DNA of 64,000 nt, taken from positions 33,480,001-33,544,000 of the forward strand of contig OX597832.1 of the NCBI GenBank assembly GCA_951406725.2, written 5' to 3'. Position numbers and translations under genes: made by a program. Below, one piece after another: positions 57,048 to 64,000 of this stretch. Below the pieces are notes generated by a model. That model was given only the letters and a program-made list of their open reading frames with translations. It ran no database searches and had not been told where the DNA came from. The DNA is from Octopus vulgaris. Lineage: Eukaryota. Every line of letters starts with the position of its first letter. Position 1 is the stretch's first letter.

Positions 57048-57086
57048 TCGCCCGATGAATGCAGTGGCGTGGAACACGAGTCATGA
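57048..57086 (+). ncRNA. Degenerate hammerhead-like motif
   Basis: tcgc-CcGATGA-ATGC agtg GCGT-GgAA-CACGAG-TC-atga; two core substitutions, geometry intact. Confidence 0.45.
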
Positions 57087-57735
57087 GGGAATATGTGAGA
57101 TCAGTTACAACAATCACCCATATAATTTACAGCCTGTATAAGTAACCCTTCTCAGAGAGAATGGAATAAAAATGAATATCACAAGAGAGAGACCATGAAG
57201 AAAGGGGAGGGGAAAATGTGATACAAGGATCTAAACAAGCAAACTTAGGAGAGAGGAAGCAATGAAGGAATATAATGTGAAGGAAAAATCAAATCAATAA
57301 TCAAAAAAGGGTAGGATGACGATAAGTACTGGAAGGAAAGAAGCATGGTTGAATGTCGTGGTACCCTTTATGAGAGAGGAAAGAAAGAGTTCAGAGAACA
57401 AGAAAGGTAAACAGATGACTAGGTACTTACCTATACATATATATATAAACACTCACACAGATAAATTTATAGATATACATAAGCGTTTATATATATATAT
57501 ACGCACATATACATATATACATATGCATAAATACATCTACACACACACAAACACACACATACCTATATAAGCGAATGTGGTTTCAACCCAATCTCTTAGT
57601 ACATGTATAGATTGCTGAAATCTTATGTCCCTTGCTCGAAGCATTTCGCTAATTCTTGTTATCTAGAAATTTCACCTTAAAAGTTTTTCTAGGACTGCAT
57701 ATGCATATATACAAAGATAGATACACTAACGTACG

Positions 57736-57797
<62 letters not shown>

Positions 57798-58529
57798 CAT
57801 ATAGATATTCACTAAATATATAGGTATATGGTTATATCTAAATTAAATTTGCTTCTATCAATCTACCTGTATGTGTGAGTGTGTGGTGATATTTAGGCTA
57901 AATTTGTATCTATAACATTATCTACGTACCCATGCATAAGTGTGTGTTTGTATGTGTGTATGTATGTTTGTGTATGTGTGTTGTGTGTGTATGTATACGC
58001 GGTTGGCTCCGAGACAAATGTCTATTGGAAATTAGCGATCAGTAAGATAAAGCGGTGAAAGAGTTGTTAATACTTTAAGAATGAGACATTTTAGGATTAT
58101 CTTCGTCTTTGGGGAATTTATGCTGTAGAATGCGTTACGTCTGATATTTTGGTAACACTAATGCGCCTGGCTTCGCAGAATCTTCAGATCAATTGACTAA
58201 ACACAATGCTTTCTATGGTCTGGTCTAATTATCTTTGAATTCAAATATCTCTAGGGATTACCCTTACTTTTCAATTACCATGTTCTGTTAATAATTTAAG
58301 CATTACACAATAGATTCCGGACTTGAAATTTTTCGTGTCTTGAGTAGAACGGAACAGAAAATGAAAATCCTATACGGACTTAACGAAGTTTTTCGGGTTA
58401 ATACTACGCTTCCAATTTCATTGGTCTGTTGTGCTCTTTTGTTATTATTTCTCTTTTCTCGAAAGCTAGTATGTTCTGTCTGCCAAGGATATAGCCGAAG
58501 AATGGGTGGTCAGAATGTTTTAGTGAATT

Positions 58530-58950
58530 GGTTTCTAATTTTGGCACAAGGCCAGTAATTTCAAGGGTGGAAGCATATCGATCGCATCGACCCAGGTGTG
58601 TAATTGGCACTTATTTTACTGACCTCACCCCTAAAGGATAAAAGGCAAAGTGAACCTCACCAGAGTTTGAACTTAGAAAATTGTTATGCCGCAATACTAC
58701 ACAGTGGCTGTGTGAGCTACGAAATCCTCGTTCCACTGTTATGTCGCACGTTCAGATGACTGCGGGATATTCGAACAATATAAGACTGGTTATAAGATAG
58801 TTTCTAATTTTAGGAAAATGTTTGCAGTTTTCAGGGGTGGTGATTACTAGATTACAGCGACCTAAGTACAAGAAGGGTTTTATTTTTTATTGACCCAGAC
58901 ATGATGGAATTGACTTCGGAGAGATTTGAACTGAGAATGTAAAGAACCAG
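58530..58950 (-). mobile_element. Two adjacent old Nin-domain-like SINEs (~58530-58680 and ~58800-58950)
   Basis: ggtttctaattttggcacaagg..catcgaccc..aaaggcaaagtgaacctc..tttgaact; second copy gtttctaattttagg..ttgaccc..gatttgaactgagaatgtaaag. Confidence 0.72.
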
Positions 58951-59510
58951 AATAAATATTAAACGGTGTTTATCTGAAACTGAACAATTGTAAGAAAACA
59001 AAACTTTTGAGAACTATAAAAGGAGAAGAAGCGGAAACATTATCCAAGACAGTTAATCAAAAGACGATGAGCCAACGGATGTTTTACGTTTATTTGCATC
59101 TGCATGTGACTAAGAAAACTGCTGCACAAAAGTACAGCACAACTAATAAAAGAATGCAACGTTAAGGCTTGGCGAAAGAGAACATATTTAGGCATCCAGG
59201 AAGACATAACGTAGCATGTGAAAGTGAAAGTAGCATTTAAAATGAAGCATGAGATTAGTAAAACGACCATAAGAGGAACAAAAATATAATTAGTTTAAGG
59301 ACATTAGTTACTCTTGTAATTAGCTATTTATTTAATATAATGAATCGGATATTGAGTGAGAAACGAAAGAATGGTAACTCATATTATACATATACATACA
59401 TATACATACATACATGTATGCATGTATGTATGTGTGTATGTAAGTATGTATGTGTGCGTGTGTATGTATTAATTACGTGTATATGTGTAGGTGTGTATGT
59501 ATATTTACAT

Positions 59511-59575
<65 letters not shown>

Positions 59576-59645
59576 ATATGTATATATATGTATGTCTGTA
59601 TATATGTATGAATGTATTTGTGGTATAGTATGTGTAGGCGTTTTT

Positions 59646-59692
<47 letters not shown>

Positions 59693-60355
59693 GTTATGAG
59701 ATGATTTAGAATATAAAACATTAAATACTGAATCAGGAATATATAGGCCATAGAAACAAAGAAACTTAGAACTCTCATAAATAGTAAGCATTATTAACAA
59801 ATTAGAGGGGCTTTTCTCTGAAAGTAGCTAAACGGCGAGGGAGAAAATCTATTTATTAATTAAAGAACACAGAACGCGAAAAGGAGAAAAATAAAACACG
59901 ACAACCATTTCTCTATGGATGAAAGGGAAATGATGTCCATCCTGGATGATGGGGAAACGCAGAGAATGTTGGGGGATGACAACATAATTATTGCAGAAAT
60001 GTGTAGAAACGCTAAGTAGTCATTAAACGACTTTAGCTATTCAATTAAAAATATGAAGACGAGTAAAAAAAAAAAAGTTCAATGCGAAACTGGAAAAGAC
60101 GATCCAACAACGACGGATAAATTTTGCAGGCCTCCGTCGTCGTCGGACTTAACAACCTTTCCATACGTTTCTATTTTTCTTTTCTTGCTCGCATGGGGGA
60201 TGACCCTGAATTTATGCGGGGCGCAGGACTTTAAAGTGTTTCAGAGCTGGCATGCACAAAATCATTTGGCCCAACTGGGATGAAAATCTGCTGTTGGAGT
60301 GGATCACCACGGGTGATGTGATGCAGACTAAGCGAGAGAGAGAGAGAGAGAGTGT

Positions 60356-60396
<41 letters not shown>

Positions 60397-60437
60397 CTTG
60401 AGTGAGTGAGAGGCAGGCAAGTTAAGTCAACGAGAAA

Positions 60438-60842
60438 TCTGGAGTGATTGTGTGGTAAAAAGCTTGTTTCCTAATGCCATAGTTCTAGGTTTACTTCCGC
60501 TGTATGGCATCTTGGGCCGATGTCTTCTACTATAGCCTCAAGTCGACTAAAGCCTTGATAGGGAATCGGGTAGAAGGCCGTCATATAAGTGCTTGTGTAT
60601 GCATATATATGGATGGTGCATGTATTAGTGTGTGTGTGTATGTGTGAGTGTGTGGATGTGTATGTGTGTGTGCGCGCATGTAATTTCATGCCTATGCTTG
60701 ACAACCGGCGTTGGTGCGTGTACCTCCTCTTAACCTAGCGGTTCAGCCAAAGAGGCCGCTAGAATAACTACCAAGCTTATTTTGTGCCGTTGGACTTAAA
60801 ATTCCTTGGATTAAGTGCAATCAAATGAGTCAATCAAGTAAA
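60438..60842 (+). mobile_element. tRNA-derived SINE of a third family, with an internal (TG)n
   Basis: Head ggagtgattgtgtggtaaaaagcttg..ggtttacttcc, body cttgggccgatgtcttctactatagcc, (TG)n, tail cttgacaaccgg..taacctagcggttcagc..aagtaaaa; a reversed head fragment lies at ~61015-61071. Confidence 0.7.
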
Positions 60843-61736
60843 ATTTTAAAAAACAAAAGAAAAAGCCATTTGATTTTGCTAGAAATAATAGCCAAACTTT
60901 TCTTCAGATTCCTTACATAATCTTTTTAGAAACAAAGCAAAATAAATATTGGATGGTGTGGCTTAAGAATCAATATGTTTCTATAACAAAAACTCATCCA
61001 ACTGCTATACAGAATGGCTGAACCCCAAATCGTGTCGTTGGGAAGTCAACTTCTGAGCACGGAGCCACGCCGGTTTTTTCTTTTTTTGCCATTTTTATTA
61101 AAACTATTTTCTATTATTGTCAAGATCAAAGTTGCAGTGTCAATGATACTTTTGATCTCAAGACATACAGGACGGATGGTTAGAAGGATGGTAGTTCTTC
61201 ATCAAATCTTGCTCCAGGGTGAACTCAGCTAAATGCAGCCAGGAATCAGGTGATGGGTGCATGCTTGTGGGAATGAGGATGCTCGAAGTTTTCGAGCGGG
61301 CAATACCTTACATTTCCAATCATATTAATTCATAATTAAAGAATCACAAACGCAAGAAGTCATATCACGTCTGACGATATATAAAAATTCTACAAATACA
61401 CTACGCAGTCATGTATGTAATTATTTCATCGGCCTCGAAATGATGAGGCGTAAAATTGAGGTCTGTAGAAGCCAGCACGACCAGCGAATGATTGCTTCAT
61501 CCAGGTTTTTGTCTTAAACATTACACTTTGAAGTATACCTTTTCAGTATTTTCTGACTGCTCAAGAAACGATGTGCATAACATGAGTGATGCCATTTCTA
61601 TATCCAGCAGGCAGCAATGGTCAGCTGCTGACTCTTGCTCCCGCTGTTCATATATATACACATATATACATATATATATACGTATATATATGCATACATA
61701 TATACATATATATATTCATACCTTTATGCATATATA

Positions 61737-61821
<85 letters not shown>

Positions 61822-62233
61822 GATTATATTTAAGCGGGACTATAGAAATGAGTAAAGTTGCTACGAAATACGAAGAGAACTTAATCCATTAACGAACACG
61901 TCGATGGGTTATTCAGAATGGGGAATAGTCATTCGACGTAATTCATCATTCTTCAGACAGGAACCAACCAACTTTTCGGTTTTCACTCTTTCACACTTTG
62001 TTAATTTTCTCTGTTTATTGACATACATATAATATATGCATAAATAGTGCCAAACACTCGCACAGACACACATGGCATCTCATACACAGCCATTAGAAAC
62101 CCGCTTGTATGTCTGTGTATGGGCTATATATAAAAAATCGAAAAAATATAGGGCAAAAATTAAATATTAATATTTGCCAGTGGCCAGCGTGAGTAAATAT
62201 ATATATATATATGCATATATATATATATTTATG

Positions 62234-62287
<54 letters not shown>

Positions 62288-62300
62288 TACATACACACAT

Positions 62301-62372
<72 letters not shown>

Positions 62373-63949
62373 AGGTAGGAGTAGATATGAATTCCAACAC
62401 ACACAAGCTGGGACAGTTGCCAAGCAAATACAAATAATTCTTTCGCTGTTCATGTATTGATGACAAAGAGAGAGACTCTCTAACCGACTGCAACGAAAAC
62501 AATTTCTTTTCTGCGCAGATTAGGAACTCATATGCATGCATACAACACACGGTTTTGTATGAGGCTAAGTTACAAAATATTTTATTCGTTGTCTTCAGAG
62601 AATCGTGTTTCTTGTTAATAACCGGATAAGCCAACAAATTCATTAACTAATATTTCGAAAATGATCATTGAAAATATTAATGAACTTTTCCAGTTGCAGA
62701 TTAGAACCTAGGTATTCTATGTTGCATAAATTCCCGTTATTGATATATCTACGTAAATAGGTCTGTGTGCATGTAAATATCTATGTATTGTTATGAATGT
62801 ATTTTAATAGACCACTCCCTTCATAGTTGACCATTTGTTCTACATTTTGTCTTGATTTTTTGCATGGCAGCCTCAGAATTAGCATAGAAGGAAAATGGTG
62901 GAAAACATACAAGACGTCACGGCGGGCATTGGACTCTTCTGCTAATATCTGCACCATGCATATGCATAAGTACACACACACACAGGAGCGCCTACATAGC
63001 GGTACCTGTTTATGTTGCAAGTCTAAACAGGTGCTGATGTGGTGTTGTTTGTCATTTGTGTCGAAGTAATAAATGAATGTATCGATAAATTGATAGCGAT
63101 AAAATATATAAAACTTGAGTCTATAAACAAATAAAAATGTAAAGCTAATGGGCTCGATGTTATGATTGACTACAATATTCGTAGACGTTACTATACAATG
63201 GCAGCTGTCCAATGACTAAAGCTAGTAAACAAACGATATATTTATGTATTGGCGTAAAAATATATTCATTAAAACAAACATAAACGAGCGTACATATTTA
63301 CGTAGATTCCTTCATAGTTGCATACACATGGCGTCTGGCATCATCATCAGCATCATCATCAGCAGCAGCAGCATCAGCAGCATAAGCATCATCATCAGCA
63401 GCAGCATTGTCATTGTATCATGTCGATATCCCTTCGATTATTCTGTACGGCAACCAAACTAAAACTTAAGTCATCTGTGGCCAATATCACCGAATGCTAA
63501 ATTACAACAGAATAAGAAGGGGCGACGACGACGGCGGAGAAGAAGAGGATGACGATGAGACGTCGAGAAATCAATTTTAACGACATTTGTTATTCTGAAT
63601 GTATTTTCTGATATTCGGCTTCTCTGCCATTTAATGTCTTTTACCATTTTATAGGACTCTGAGCACTGAATTTTTTATTTTAATTTTTATCGCTTTTTTT
63701 TTATTCGGACGAGGGTGCTTTGTCGCTGAAATTGTTCATTGTTATTATGTGTTGTTTGTAGGTTTTTTTAATCTTTTATCTTTTTTATCTTTTGTTCTTG
63801 TTTTTGCTTTCCATTTTGTTCCTAATTAACATAGAGTATATATCAATGAAAAGATAATAAAGTATTGATTCCTCTATTTGGCAGAGAAACCAAACATTTC
63901 AAGCGAACAAGAGGCATGACAGGCGATCTAGTCGGTTGTCTGCGCATGT

Positions 63950-63988
<39 letters not shown>

Positions 63989-64000
63989 GATGGCTCTCCG

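Overview
AT-rich eukaryotic non-coding DNA, saturated with (TA)n/(CA)n/(TAA)n/(GATA)n microsatellites. The SINE families and microsatellite load suggest an octopus/coleoid cephalopod genome (inference). No intact host gene is visible; there is one candidate first coding exon at 17247-17461. Almost all ORFs in the track are microsatellite artefacts. Recognisable content is decayed mobile DNA: a full-length and an internally deleted mariner, RTE, CR1-like and R4/Dong LINE relics, Penelope-like (PLE, RT + GIY-YIG) fragments, many tRNA-derived SINEs and a foldback MITE. The main hidden signal is about a dozen hammerhead-ribozyme (HHR) motifs of mostly unrelated sequence, read by eye. They include covariant catalytic cores (C3-G8, U3-A8, G3-C8), a dense cluster at 54.1-57.1 kb, and a tRNA-headed SINE-like element whose body is an HHR-bearing, PLE-pLTR-like module with an inverted 5' copy. 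All structures were paired manually and none is shown to cleave.
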